A DNA stretch of 64,000 nucleotides from Octopus vulgaris (taxonomy: Eukaryota): assembly GCA_951406725.2 (NCBI GenBank), contig OX597816.1, forward strand, positions 7,254,001 through 7,318,000, given 5' to 3'. Both the position numbers and the translations under genes were made by a program. Each line of letters starts with the position of its first letter. Position 1 is the stretch's first letter. Below, piece by piece: positions 27,962-40,419 of this stretch. Below the pieces are notes generated by a model, which had not been told where the DNA came from, searched no databases, and worked only from the letters and a program-made list of their open reading frames with translations.

Positions 27962-30956
27962 AAAGGAAATGAAGAAAATGCTGACAAAATAATTTAAGTA
28001 AGGGAGAGTGTATTTAATTAGGTGAAAGTTCTTTTTACCGGTTGCGCATTTGTTTGCTTATCAAAAGATATTTTGAGTTCCTTTCTGATTGATTTTTTTC
28101 TCTTATCTGACTTTATGTTGGGTTTGCTGTCTCTTATATGTGAAAAAAGAGGCTCCAGAGTTGTTTAAGATTTGCTTGGTTTCGCGCCTAAAATTTCTTG
28201 TGGACAATGGTCAATACAATTTTGATTGGTCATTATGAAGGGGTCACGTGAATGTTTGAATGGAAGTTGGTGTTGGGGTAAGAAAATAGGCTCCAGAGAT
28301 GTTAAAATTTGGCTAGTATCGCGCCTAAAATTTCTTATTGGTCATAATAAAGAGGTCACGTGAATGTGGTCATAATAGAGAGGTCACGTGAATGTTTAGA
28401 ATGAATGTTGCTGTGGGTGGTGTATGGAGCTTTCGAAAATAGCGTCGTTGAAAATTCTTATTGTTCAGGCTGGTCAGTAGACGTCATGTGGATATTTTTT
28501 ATAGCCTTTTAGCGCGTAGTTAAGGAGTGTATTTTCCGCTTGACTGAATTTGAGCTGGATAAGTAAATTCGTTTAGGACAGGAAGAGCTATATGTATGTA
28601 TGTGCGCGCGCGCGCGCGCGTGTGTTTATATGTATGTTGGGGCGCGCGCGCGTGTATATATATGTGCGTGTGTGGGTACAATTTTCAATATCTATAGTTC
28701 TGCTGGCCTTGTGCCTGTATCGGGAAGCAACGTGTTTGTGTGAAGTCAATATTTACAGTCATTTCCAAAAAATAGTGTTGGGTGTTTTGCACCCGTATCA
28801 AATTATGTGTATGTGTTGAACCATATATTTGCGTGTGTCATGGTGTTAATATCTGGGTAAAAGTGTGTGTAGGGTGTGTGCAGGTGTAAGTGTGTTTGTT
28901 GTGGGTTCGTGTTAGGGGGATGTGTTTAGAAGTGGTCTGTATTTATTAATAAGGTGGGATTCCATGGTTATTCGCTGGGTATGAGTGGCATTGTCTTTAA
29001 ATTTGTAGAGGGGAAAGATTCTAAAATTGGGATGAAGTTGTGCGGTACAGGTATCAATATGTGCACTAAGTGCTATTTTTCTGTATTCCTGTATTTTTAT
29101 TTGGGATCTGTGGACAGTCATGCGTTGGCGGAGGCTATTTTTAGTTTGGCCTATGTAGTGTTCGTTACAGCCCGAGCAAGTTAAGACATATACTAGGTTT
29201 TCTGATGCGCATGTCTCTTACGTCTACAAGAACTTAAGGATACATTAACAAGCAGGGATTACCCCACGTCACTAATTGACAATGGGATCCAATGCGCCCT
29301 AAAACTCAGCACACAGGAACTTAGACGCCCTAAACCTGTTACATCGAAACTCCATACTCTACCATACATCTCTACACACAACCCCCTCAACAATGAAGCT
29401 TTTGACACCATCCTCCAGAACATTCCTGTATTAAAAAAGGACCATAGAATGAACCAAATCCTCCTAACACACGAAATCATAAAGAGCAAAAGACAACCCA
29501 AATCATTGAAAACCATCCTAACAAATGCCAAAGTACTGCCAACCACAACAACTAAACCCACAGTAAACAAATGCAATAGACCCAACTGTGGTATATGCAT
29601 CAACCTAATAGAAGGTCCGGAATTCCTTTTTAAACAAGGACAACGTTTCACAGTAAAACACAACTTCACATGCGCATCAGAAAACCTAGTATATGTCTTA
29701 ACTTGCTCGGGTTGTAATGAACACTACATAGGCCAAACTAAAAATAGCCTCCGCCAACGCATGACTGTCCACAGATCCCAAATAAAAATACAGGAATACA
29801 GAAAAATAGCACTTAGTGCACATATTGATACCTGTGCAACACAACTTCATCCCAATTTTAGAATCTTTCCCCTCTACAAATTTAAAGACAATGCCACTCA
29901 TACCCAGCGAATAACCATGGAATCCCACCTTATTAATAAATACAGACCACTTCTAAACACACCCCCCTAACACGAACCCACAACAAACACACTTACACCT
30001 GCACGCACCCTACACATACTTTTACCCAGATGTTAACACCATGACACACGCAAATATATGGTTCCACACATACACATAATTTGATACGGGTGCAAAACAT
30101 CCAACACTATTTTTTGGAAATATTGACTTCACACAAACACGTTGCTTCCCGATACAGGCACAAGGCCAGCAGAACTATAAATATTGAAAATTGTACCCAC
30201 ACACGCACACATATATACACGCGCGCGCGCCCCAACATACATATAAACACACACACACACACGCGCGCGCACACATACATACATATAGCTCTTCCTGTCC
30301 TAAACGAACTTACTTATCCAGCTCAAATTCAATCAAGCGGAAAATACACTCCTTAACTACGCGCTAAAAGGCTATAAAAAATATCCACATGACGTCTACT
30401 GACCAGCCTGAACAATAAGAATTTTCAACAACGCTATTTTCGAAAACTCCATACACCACCCACAGCAACATTCATTCTAAATATTCACGTGACCTCTCTA
30501 TTATGACCACATTCACGTGACCTCTTTATTATGACCAATAAGAAATTTTAGGCGCGATACTAGCCAAATTTTAACATCTCTGGAGCCTATTTTCTTACCC
30601 CAACACCAACTTCCATTCAAACATTCACGTGACCCCTTCATAATGACCAATCAAAATTGTATTGACCATTGTCCACAAGAAATTTTAGGCGCGAAACCAA
30701 GCAAATCTTAAACAACTCTGGAGCCTCTTTTTTCACATATAAGAGACAGCAAACCCAACATAAAGTCAGATAAGAGGAAAAAATCAATCAGAAAGGAACT
30801 CAAAATATCTTTTGATAAGCAAACAAATGCGCAACCGGTAAAAAGAACTTTCACCTAATTAAATACACTCTCCCTTACTTAAATTATTTTGTCAGCATTT
30901 TCTTCATTTCCTTTTTTTATATATCACAACTCGTGTTCCACATCTCCTTTTTTTAA
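27962..30956 (+). mobile_element. Penelope-like element (Neptune-type), 5'-truncated with a ~1.25-kb inverted copy
   Basis: 27962-29214 is the reverse complement of 29668-30913 with scattered substitutions; (TA)n on both sides; ~40-bp tail (30914-30956) only on the right arm. Confidence 0.9.
29215..29970 (+). CDS. PLE ORF C-terminus: RT thumb, Cys-rich linker, GIY-YIG endonuclease (5'-truncated, 251 codons open)
   Basis: Frame is open from the inversion junction: LQELKDTLTSRDYPTSLI...LPYISTHNP...KCNRPNCGIC...TCASENLVYVLTCSGCNEHYIGQTKNSLRQRMTVHR...ESHLINKYRPLLN. Confidence 0.9.
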   Translation, partial: LLRLQELKDTLTSRDYPTSLIDNGIQCALKLSTQELRRPKPVTSKLHTLPYISTHNPLNNEAFDTILQNIPVLKKDHRMNQILLTHEIIKSKRQPKSLKTILTNAKVLPTTTTKPTVNKCNRPNCGICINLIEGPEFLFKQGQRFTVKHNFTCASENLVYVLTCSGCNEHYIGQTKNSLRQRMTVHRSQIKIQEYRKIALSAHIDTCATQLHPNFRIFPLYKFKDNATHTQRITMESHLINKYRPLLNTPP

Positions 30957-30988
<32 letters not shown>

Positions 30989-31010
30989 GTATGTATATAT
31001 ATATATATAT

Positions 31011-31244
31011 ATGGAATGGTTGTATACTGTCAATTTAACGTGACAGTAGGGGATTACACCACTGCTGTTTAGCCCTAGGAAGCATCGACGCTTCCTGATG
31101 GCTTCGACACGGAAGCGTCGATGCTTCCTAGGGCTAAATAGCGGTGGTGTAATCCCCTACTGTCACGTTAAATTGACAGTATACAACCATTCCATCGCCC
31201 CACCACCGTACATATCTCTATGAGATATTTAGAAATTTAATATT

Positions 31245-31248
<4 letters not shown>
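31011..31248. mobile_element. Short fold-back element in (TA)n: 85-bp arms, 15-nt loop, one-sided tail
   Basis: 31011-31095 and 31111-31195 are near-perfect inverted repeats; tail 31196-31248. Confidence 0.85.
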
Positions 31249-31303
<55 letters not shown>

Positions 31304-31560
31304 GAGAGAGAGAGCAAAAGTTACGAATAAAATCCGTACCAGACTTTAAAAACGGTACGAGGTAAGGGTCGATTTGTCCCACTAAACCCTTCAAAGCGAT
31401 GCCCCAGCACGGCCGCAGTCTAATGGCTGAAACAAGGAAAAGATAAAAGATTGGATGAGACACAGAGAAGGAAAGAAAGGAGGAAGCAAGCCTTGATATG
31501 AACCGAGTGAATTTAGTGTAAAATGATTATTTTAACATAACGCGGTATTAACCAAGCAGG

Positions 31561-32161
31561 AAGGCGGCGAGCTGGCAGAAACGTTAGCACGCCGGGCGAA
31601 ATGCGTCGCCGTATTTCGTCTGCCGTTACGTTCTGAGTTCAAATTCCGCCGAGGTCGACTTTGCCTTTCATCCTTTTGGGGTCGATTAAATAAGAACCAG
31701 TTGTGCACTGGGGTCGATATAATCAACTTAATCGGTTTGTCTGTCCTTGTTTGTCCTCTTTGTGTTTAGCCCCTTGTGGGTAGTAAAGAAATAGGTATTT
31801 CGTCTGCCGTTACATTGTGAGTTCAAATTCCGCCGAGGTCGACTTTGTCTTTCATCCTTTCGGGGTCGATTAAATAAGTACCAGTTACGCACTGGGGTCG
31901 ATATAATCAACTTAATCCGTTTGTCTGTCCTTGTTTGTCCTCTCTGTGTTTAGCCCCTTGTGGGTAGTAAAGAAATAGGTATTTCGTCTGCCGCTACGTT
32001 CTGAGTTCAAATTCCGCCGAGGTCGACTTTGCCTTTCATCCTTTCGGGGTCGATAAATTAAGTACCAGTTACGCACTGGGGTCGATATAATCAACTTAAT
32101 CGGTTTGTCTGTCCTTGTTTGTCCTCTCTGTGTTTATCCCCTTGTGGGCGGTAAAGAAATA
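31561..32161 (+). mobile_element. SINE family A trimer (184-bp unit)
   Basis: One head plus three body/tail units; GTATTAACCAA occurs on both flanks (probable TSD). Confidence 0.9.
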
Positions 32162-33289
32162 TGTATTAACCAACTATAGACGTTATCGTGTAGAGTTTGA
32201 TAAAATTGTTAAATATAATTTTATATCTAATCGTCTGCTACATAGATGTCATTCCTTCAAATCCATGACAAGCAGTAAATGATGTAAAACCATTATCAAC
32301 CTATTTTCTTCCCTCATGACCTTTAACAATTCTTTTCTGTTTCTCCATTCCTCACCAGAAATATTATGTTTTTTACTCGTCTTCTTCATTCTGTCGCGTT
32401 ATGTTTATCGTCTGCATTATTTTATCCCATGATTCTTCTTGGATATTCCATTACTGCACCGTCATAGACAGCTATCACGGGGTTTAGATTATTTCAAATT
32501 TTAGGTTGTAATATTTAAAAAAAAACATACAACAAAACAAAACGTTGATATTCCAATTCCCCAGTGATTTCACTGGAGTTTATTCAATTTAATTTCAAAT
32601 TACTAACATTGGAGTAATTCAATATTTTAACTTTAAAACATATACAGACCTTAAGAAGGTCAAACTATTTGTAACTTCCGGTATTTGACTGGCACAGACT
32701 GCTGCGTAACTTCCGATTTTCAGAGATAAATCTCAGTATTTTCATCTGTTAATTTTTTGATTTCAAATCAAACCGGGACAGATTTTGGGTTTCCCTTGTA
32801 ATATGTTGTAGTAGATTGTTCAACTTTAAAACCTTGTGTCAAACCAAAATTCTATACAAAGTACTAAATACCGCGCTAGCAGGTCTCAGTATTTAGAACG
32901 AAACGAAATGGAAACGTCTATTGAATATGTGCTAATCAGCCTTATGGGGCGCCAACAAACACTGTGACAGAAATAGCTATGATGAATAAATAAAGATGAA
33001 GAGTATGGTGAGGCTTAAAACAAAGATGAAGATTATTAAGATCGATTGGTGATCAACAGTTTACAAATAATTGATTAGCGATGACCTTTGACTTTTTGCA
33101 ACCAACCCCCTTTTGCTACATAGATTTTTTCCTGATCAAATAATTTAAAGGCAATTATCTAAAATAAAATAAGATGTGATAATTCTCTAAAGGACCTCTG
33201 TTTAATTCTTGACATTGTATATTCGGTAGTTCAATCAATCAAGCAATTAATTGGTACCATGAATTGGACCATCACATTTTATGATTACT

Positions 33290-33810
33290 GTAGTGTAGGG
33301 GTGCTCGGAAAGGGGTCTCAGTGCATAGCATCCCTGCTTTTCTGAGCTAGTTTTCTACCACATTTCTTTAAAATCGTGGTAGAGGCCTTGGTCTTGGGAC
33401 CATTCATGTCTAGAAACTGAGGTTGGGGGTAAGCAAGGGTATGCTCCCCGTGGAAAATCCAGCTCCAAAAAAGCCTCTCATGATAGTAAAGGAGAATGGG
33501 CACCAGCCACCCCAAAGGTTGGGGTGTGCTACACCTGCCTACCCCAAAAAATCCTCAACTTGGATTGCACAAGCATGGCTTTCCTTATGATGGCTGAAGG
33601 CCTGAGAAACTTGGGGGTGAGGTTGGGAAGTTGGAATAAGGGCAGTCTGTGTGGAAGGGGAAGTGAGGTGTGAGCACCAGCCAGCCAGCCAGCCAAAAGG
33701 TTGGGGTGGGCTGCACTTGCCTACCTCGGTTGCTATGGCATTGAGGTAGATCCGGCCACCCCCGTTAACGGGGACAAAACACGGATTTAAAACACTGGTT
33801 GATGATGATG
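33290..33810 (+). mobile_element. Unclassified retroposon with RTE-like (GAT)n tail
   Basis: GC-richer block ending ACTGGTTGATGATGATG; internal duplication CCAGCCA..AAAGGTTGGGGTG.GCT.CAC.TGCCTACC. Confidence 0.4.
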
Positions 33811-34519
33811 TATAATAGAGGAATGTTTCATTTATTGGTTGGGTAACTTTTGGAAAGAAACAGACTTGTCCTAGATCTTTTACTTAAAAACCGGGTCTCT
33901 AAGTGATGTCCTTATCCAATCTAACAATTTTCACGAAAATGCTTCGCTTGTGTTGTATTGCAAACATTAATAATAAAACAATCAAAATACTAAAATCTTA
34001 AAAGCAAGCTGTTACTTCGGATTTATTTTATTACACATTAGCCGAGGTACCCGGTAATAAGTTACAGTTAATACCCGGTAATAAATTACCGTTAATAAGA
34101 TACATGTTTGTTTATAGCCATGAAACATTTTTCGTCAAATTTCAACATTTTTCAAAAATTAAAAATGGGTACCCATCCTTTAATGGGTAGGACCAATTTC
34201 ACGAAAAACTGGGCTGAGTCTGGTAGCGAACCCGTGTCGTCGTCGTTTCTGTGCATATACATAAAATAGCGAAATTTTACGCTTTGGGGCAGATTTCGTC
34301 AAATTGATGTCACGACGGCTAGAGCGCAAAATGCCTAAATTTTGCTTGAGAAATAAAATGGTCTTATCTAATCAAAACCTGAAATGCTGGAGAATTAAAA
34401 CAACGAATTGAAATAATAAGTTTTAGCAAATCAAAACAATTTGCATTGAAATGAAGAATTAGCAAATGCTAATGAGATTACCGTTGATAACCTGTCTGTT
34501 TATAGCCATGAAGCATTTT

Positions 34520-34934
34520 AGGCGGCGTGCTGGCAGAAATGTTAGCACACCGGGCGAAATGCGTAGCCGTATTTCGTCTGCCGTTACGTTCTGAGTTCAA
34601 ATTCCGCCGAGGTCCACTTTGCCTTTCATCCTTTCGGGATCGATAAATTAAGTACCAGTTACGCACTGGGGTCGATGTAATCGACTTAATCGGTTTGTCT
34701 GTCCTTGTTTGTCCTCTATGTGTTTAGTCCCTTGTGGGTAGTAAAGAAATAGGTATTTCGTCTGCCGCTACGTTCTGAGTTTAAATTCCGCCGAGGTCGA
34801 CTTTGCCTTTCATCCTTTCGGGGTCGATAAATAAAGTACAAGTTTTGCACTGGTGTCGATGTAATCGACTTAATCCGTTTGTCTGTCCTTGTTTGTCCCC
34901 TCTGTGATTAGCCCCTTGTGGGCAAAAAAGGAAT
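34520..34934 (+). mobile_element. SINE family A dimer
   Basis: Head plus two units; flanked by TATAGCCATGAA(G/A)CAT duplication. Confidence 0.85.
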
Positions 34935-35069
34935 ATATAGCCATGAAACATCTTTCGTCAAATTTCGGCGTTTTTCGTCAAATTGCTGTCACGATGGATG
35001 GTGCGAAAAATGCCGAAATTTTACGATGTTTGAAAAATCGATGCTGACTAAAAATCAATTTTTGCCGGT

Positions 35070-35291
35070 ATCAGTTGTTAGTTGTCGGAGCACTGCATCC
35101 TTCAAAACTTCCATGCTTCCTGAGATTCACCAACACCACACCTGATTTTCTCCCCTCCATACACACGCAAGTATCTATCTGACTCATACACTGTTCACTT
35201 CCCAGACATTTGTACATTACTGAATATGCTTTACACGCACTTTTGATAAGTCGTGGTGCACCCGAGCACTGTATACAATAATTTCATTATA
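35070..35291 (+). mobile_element. CR1/L2-like LINE 3' end
   Basis: LPVSVVSCRSTASFKTSM* resembles the LP..VV...S..SFK C-terminus; UTR ends AATTTCATTAT. Confidence 0.45.
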
Positions 35292-35594
35292 TATAAACAC
35301 ACAAACTTGCCTTTTATTATTAAAGATTAGCGCTGTTTAACTGGGTGACCGTCTATTTCTCTTTCATACCTAACTTAGAACCTGCAATTCATTTGGATTC
35401 AGAGTCTATAGAGCGTGGTGCAATAGGTGCACTGTGTGCATCCATGTGTGACCTTGATGACTCGTTGTGCATTCAGTCGGCCATTTGTGATTGTACGCAC
35501 AACCGGAGTACAAGATTGTTTGTACGCGATAACACGGTCACCGACTTTACTATTTAAGTACCAGATTCCCTTGAATCCTGTAAATATACACACA

Positions 35595-35663
<69 letters not shown>

Positions 35664-35676
35664 GCGCACACACACA

Positions 35677-35727
<51 letters not shown>

Positions 35728-35749
35728 TAAGTATCAAGCTTAAATACAA

Positions 35750-35915
35750 GCGCAGGCGTGGGTGTTTAGTAAGAAATTTGCTTTCGAACCACAGTTCCGG
35801 GTTCAGTCCCATTGCGTGGCACCTTGGGCAAGTGTCTTCTTACCATAGCCTCGGGCCTTGCGAGTGAATTTGATAGACGGGAACTAAAAGAAGCCCGCCG
35901 TGTGTGTGTGTGTGT
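35750..35915 (+). mobile_element. SINE family B 5' fragment
   Basis: GGGTTCAGTCCCATTGCGTGGCACCTTGGGCAAGTG. Confidence 0.7.
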
Positions 35916-36018
35916 ATATATATAATTTTGTGGCAGTGTAAAGGCCAAATATTTTAGTTAGTGAGAAATGGAGAGGGTTAGAATCATACTTGACAAGCCC
36001 AGTATAATTGAACTAGTT

Positions 36019-36396
36019 GAGGCGCAATGACCCAGTGGTTAGGGCAGCGGACTCGCGGTCGTAGGATCGCGGTTTCGATTCCCAGACCGGGCGTTGTGAG
36101 TGTTTATTGAGCGAAAACACCTAAAGCTCCACGAGGCTCCAGCAGGGGGTTGTGGCGAACCCTGCTGTACTCTTTCACTACAACTTTCTCTCACTTTTAC
36201 TTCCTGTTTCTGTTGTACCTGTATTTCAAAGGGGCCAGCCTTGTCACTCTCTGTGTCATGCTGAATATCCACGAGAACTTCGTTAAGGGTGCACGTGTCT
36301 GTGGAGTGCTCAGCCACTTACACGTTAATTTCACGAGCAGGCTGTTCCGTTGATTCGGATCAACCGGAACCCTCATCGTCGTAACCGACGGAGTTC
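36019..36396 (+). mobile_element. tRNA-derived SINE family C
   Basis: A-box TGACCCAGTGG and B-box GGTTTCGATTCCC; near-identical copy at 37353-37728. Confidence 0.85.
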
Positions 36397-37352
36397 TTCC
36401 ATCCATAATTGAGCTAAATTAGTTTCAATTAGGTTCCGAAATCGTACCGTGGTTGATCGCAACGTGTCGCGAACTTGAACCTTTCACCTTTTTAGCCTTC
36501 CAACTGGTCAAAGAGTAAAGTTGAAGATGAACCTCAAAGCCTCTGCTATTAACGACAGTTTCCAGTTAATTGACTGCCCAGTTAGACATCATTACTTCGC
36601 TCTTATTACGACGAGTTGCATTGTTGGCAAGAGTGTGGGAAAGAACTTTGTTATAATTAAGTCTCATGTATGAGATGAACACATGAAAAGCTTGGGACTT
36701 TCTCACCTGGCGATCTCGTCGCTATTGTTGTACGAGTAAATAAAATACCACCGAAGCCGGCGGCCTGAATATGTTGCATAATTAGCGGGAAGAGAAGAAA
36801 GTTAAAGAAATTATATAAGACCTTGGTTATTTAATTAACATGTTATCAGATAAACGTCTCTTAACAAAGTTGAAGGACTTTTGAAAAGCATTAGCTTTTA
36901 ACGAGTTAATGAAGTGATTGCTACCTGTTTAAGAAGAGCTCCATAACGTAGTTTGTATTGAAAGGTGAAGTGAGGTGAGTGGCTGAATGAATAATGATTG
37001 AATTACTTCGTTAAAACATGGTTGAAGTAAAGAATTAAAACAACTGAGTCACAAATTAATTCGTTTTACATTTAAAGTTGGCTAATTATGGCATGGATAA
37101 TTCGGGGATATATTGATTCTAGGATAATCCATTCAAAATAATTTACAACCCGCTACACATTCCAGAGTCATGAAGAGGTTCAGCTTTGATGATTTGACAG
37201 ACTTCAGAATAATTGTTCCACCATAATAATTGTTTTACACCATTTTTACTGGTTCCTGGACAACAATTCACAGCGGTTTTAATCTATCTTAAAAAAAGGG
37301 GTTATCCATTTTCTCATTGTTTACTTTCAACCTTGTTATTATTTGTCCACAG

Positions 37353-37728
37353 GAGGCGCAGTGGCCCAATGGTTAGGGCAGCGGTCTCGCGGTCGTAGGA
37401 TCGCAGTTTCGATTCCCAGATCGGGCGTTGTGAGTGTTTATTGAGCGAAAACACCTAAAGCTCCACGAGGCTCCGGCAGGGGATGGTGGTGATCCCTGCT
37501 GTACTCTTTCACCACAACTTTCTCTCACTCTTACTTTCTGTTTCTGTTGTACCTGTATTTCAAAGGGCCGGCCTTGTCACTCTCTGTGTCACGCTGAATA
37601 TCCCCGAGAACAACGTTAAGGGTACACGTGTCTGTGGAGTGCTTAGCCACTTACACGTTAATTTCACGAGAAGGCTGTTCCGTTGATCGGACCAACCGGA
37701 ACCCTCGTCGTCGTAACCGACGGAGTGC
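37353..37728 (+). mobile_element. tRNA-derived SINE family C
   Basis: As above; TATTTGTCCACAGG on both flanks (probable TSD). Confidence 0.85.
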
Positions 37729-37977
37729 TTCCTCCTCCTCCTATTTGTCCACAGGTCAACCCTGGTTGAGCAGACACCTGATTAAAGGCTTCCCTCAACG
37801 AGTCTTTTTAGGGTTATGTAAAACTGCATTACCGAACTGATCTTTTATCAAAGGGTGTGATGTGAGTTGAGGGTGGCTTCGATGCTATTTTAAGCAGGTT
37901 GGACGACTACGGAAAGGCTTGTTTACACTTTACAGGAATGATGTTATATTTGAAACAAATATAGTTTGAAAAATAAA

Positions 37978-38180
37978 AAGGTGCCGAATTAAATCGTCAG
38001 CACGCCGGACAAAATGCTTGGAAGCATTTCGTTCGTCTTTATGTTCCGAGCTCAAATTCCACCGAGGCCGACTTTGCCTTCCATCCCTCTCAGGGTCGAT
38101 CAAATAAGTAGCAATTGATCGATGTAATAGACTTGGCCTCTCATCCGAAATTGCTGGCCTTGTACTAAAATTTGAAAATC
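37978..38180 (+). mobile_element. SINE family A (old)
   Basis: Degenerate head and central domain. Confidence 0.6.
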
Positions 38181-38614
38181 AATATTGTGTTTGAATTAAG
38201 GTAGAAGGGTCAGCTACGTTCTGAGGTGATATTGTAATTTTTTCTTTGTTATTTGAGAAACAAGAGAGAGGAAGGAGAAAATGAGAGAGGGTGTGAGAGA
38301 GAGAGAGAGAGAGAATGAGTTTGTGAATTTTGAAGACACTGTATGATTGTCCTTCTCTCAAACCTGGTCTGTTGGGGTAAACAGACCGGTCAAGGACATG
38401 GGAAGGTTTCATGACTGTAAATGCCACAAATGCGAGACTGTTAACAATTACAAGAACCTGGCAAAGCTTAAAACCAATTTTTAATATCAAAGATCAGAGG
38501 CCAGAGGAAAAATTCCGCGTCTTACCTGGTGAAATGTGTGATGCACACACACATACAAATTCACACACAGATATATATGTGCGTGTGTGTGTGTCCTTTA
38601 GTAATTTTTTTTAG

Positions 38615-39134
<520 letters not shown>

Positions 39135-39378
39135 AGTTAATCCAAACAAGAAAACACAAAAAAACAAAAAAAAAACACAACAACGCGAGGACGTGGAACA
39201 AATAAAGTATTATTGGACGCTCAGGAAAGAAGGGAAGGAGGAGGGTTTAACGTTTCGAGCGGAGCTCTTCGTCGGAAACATAGGAGAAGGAAAGATCCAG
39301 AGAAGGGAAGACAGAGGAAAAAAATCGCCAGCGGTACTCACGAGGTCACATATTGAAAGACTGGAAGTCTTTCAATAT
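39135..39378 (-). mobile_element. PLE pLTR-like element (same family as 14572-14787)
   Basis: Reverse complement of the 14572-14787 unit; small hairpin ATATTGAAAGAC/GTCTTTCAATAT at its 5' end. Confidence 0.7.
39245..39279 (-). ncRNA. Minimal hammerhead-like motif (U4C variant)
   Basis: GUUU-CCGACGA-A-GAGC ucc GCUC-GAAA-CG-UU-AAAC; palindromic AACGUU stem III. Confidence 0.55.
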
Positions 39379-39432
39379 ATGTATATATATTTAATAATAT
39401 CAGGGTAATAAAGATTTTAGAAATTTATATAA

Positions 39433-39474
<42 letters not shown>

Positions 39475-39544
39475 ATGAAGTAGAAACAGTACTGTATTTT
39501 TATTATTATTATTTTCATAATTTATATATATTTCAGTTTTATAT

Positions 39545-39745
39545 TTAAGAGATGAGGAATTATTTACATTATTTACATTATTTATATTTGTAGGATATAT
39601 GCCCACATTTTAGGAATGAGAACCCAGGTTCGAAATTTCTCCAAGACACCTGATGACGGCTGGAGGGTATATCAGCCGAAACGTTGTGCTAACAACAAAC
39701 AAGATGAGGACAAATATCCGTCAAATGTAAATAATGTAAATAATC
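39545..39745 (+). mobile_element. PLE pLTR-like element with partial inverted arm
   Basis: ATTATTTACATTATTTACATT (39559) is the reverse complement of AATGTAAATAATGTAAATAAT (39724-39744); hammerhead motif between them. Confidence 0.65.
39647..39688 (+). ncRNA. Minimal type I hammerhead ribozyme motif
   Basis: CAC-CUGAUGA-C-GGCUG gaggguauau CAGCC-GAAA-CG-UU-GUG: complete core, 5-bp stem II, palindromic AACGUU. Confidence 0.75.
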
Positions 39746-39924
39746 ATATACATTTATTTTGTTATAAATGCAAAACAACCCCCCACACTCGCCCCCACCC
39801 CACACTCGCCCCCACCCCACACTCGCCCCCACCCCACACTCGCCCCCACCCCCGAGTTTCGTTTTCCATACAGTACGAGCGATTCTTAGTTTATTCATCT
39901 TCGGTACACTTTTTTAAAATTCTT

Positions 39925-40136
39925 TTATTCTTTTATTTGTTTCAGTAATCTGACTGTGGCCATGCTGGAGCATCGCCTTTAGTCGAATAAATCGACTACG
40001 GGACTTATTCTTTGTAAGCTTAGTACTTATTCTATCGGCTCTTTTGTCGAACTGCTAATTTACGGGGACATAAACACACCAGCATCGGTTGTCAAGCGAT
40101 TGTGGAGGGCCAAACACAGACACACAAAGACACACG

Positions 40137-40167
<31 letters not shown>

Positions 40168-40170
40168 GCT

Positions 40171-40226
<56 letters not shown>

Positions 40227-40386
40227 CGGCGGGCTTCTTTCAGTTTCTGTTTACCAAATTCACTCACAACGCTTTGGTCGGCCCGAGGCTATCGTAGAAG
40301 ACACTTGCCCGAGGTGCCATGCAGTGAGACTGAACCCAGGACCATGTGGTAAGCAACCTACTTACCACACAGCCACTCCTGTGCCT
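39925..40386 (-). mobile_element. SINE family B
   Basis: Reverse-complement copy with internal (CT)(CA)(TA) microsatellite. Confidence 0.85.
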
Positions 40387-40419
40387 TTCTTTTAATATAT
40401 TTTAATCCTCTATTCTTTA

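Larger units (their letters stand above)
34039..35327 (-). mobile_element. Degenerate Helitron-like element hosting SINE and LINE insertions
   Basis: Right end reverse complement ATCTTTAATAATAAAAG resembles the 23892-24286 Helitron 5' end; repeated TATAGCCATGAA units. Confidence 0.4.

Noticed and set aside
27962-30913. A-to-I editing signature captured in differences between the PLE arms
   Set aside because: The differences I inspected are mostly transitions in both directions; no clear A>G bias by eye.
31532-32094. Repeated ORFs MRNWYLIYRPRKDERQSRPRRNLNS (also at 34478, 47650, 47838, 56221, 58149)
   Set aside because: Antisense translations of SINE A, not a gene family.
36019-36090. Possible tRNA gene
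   Set aside because: A/B boxes continue into a multi-copy SINE body; no complete cloverleaf or terminator.
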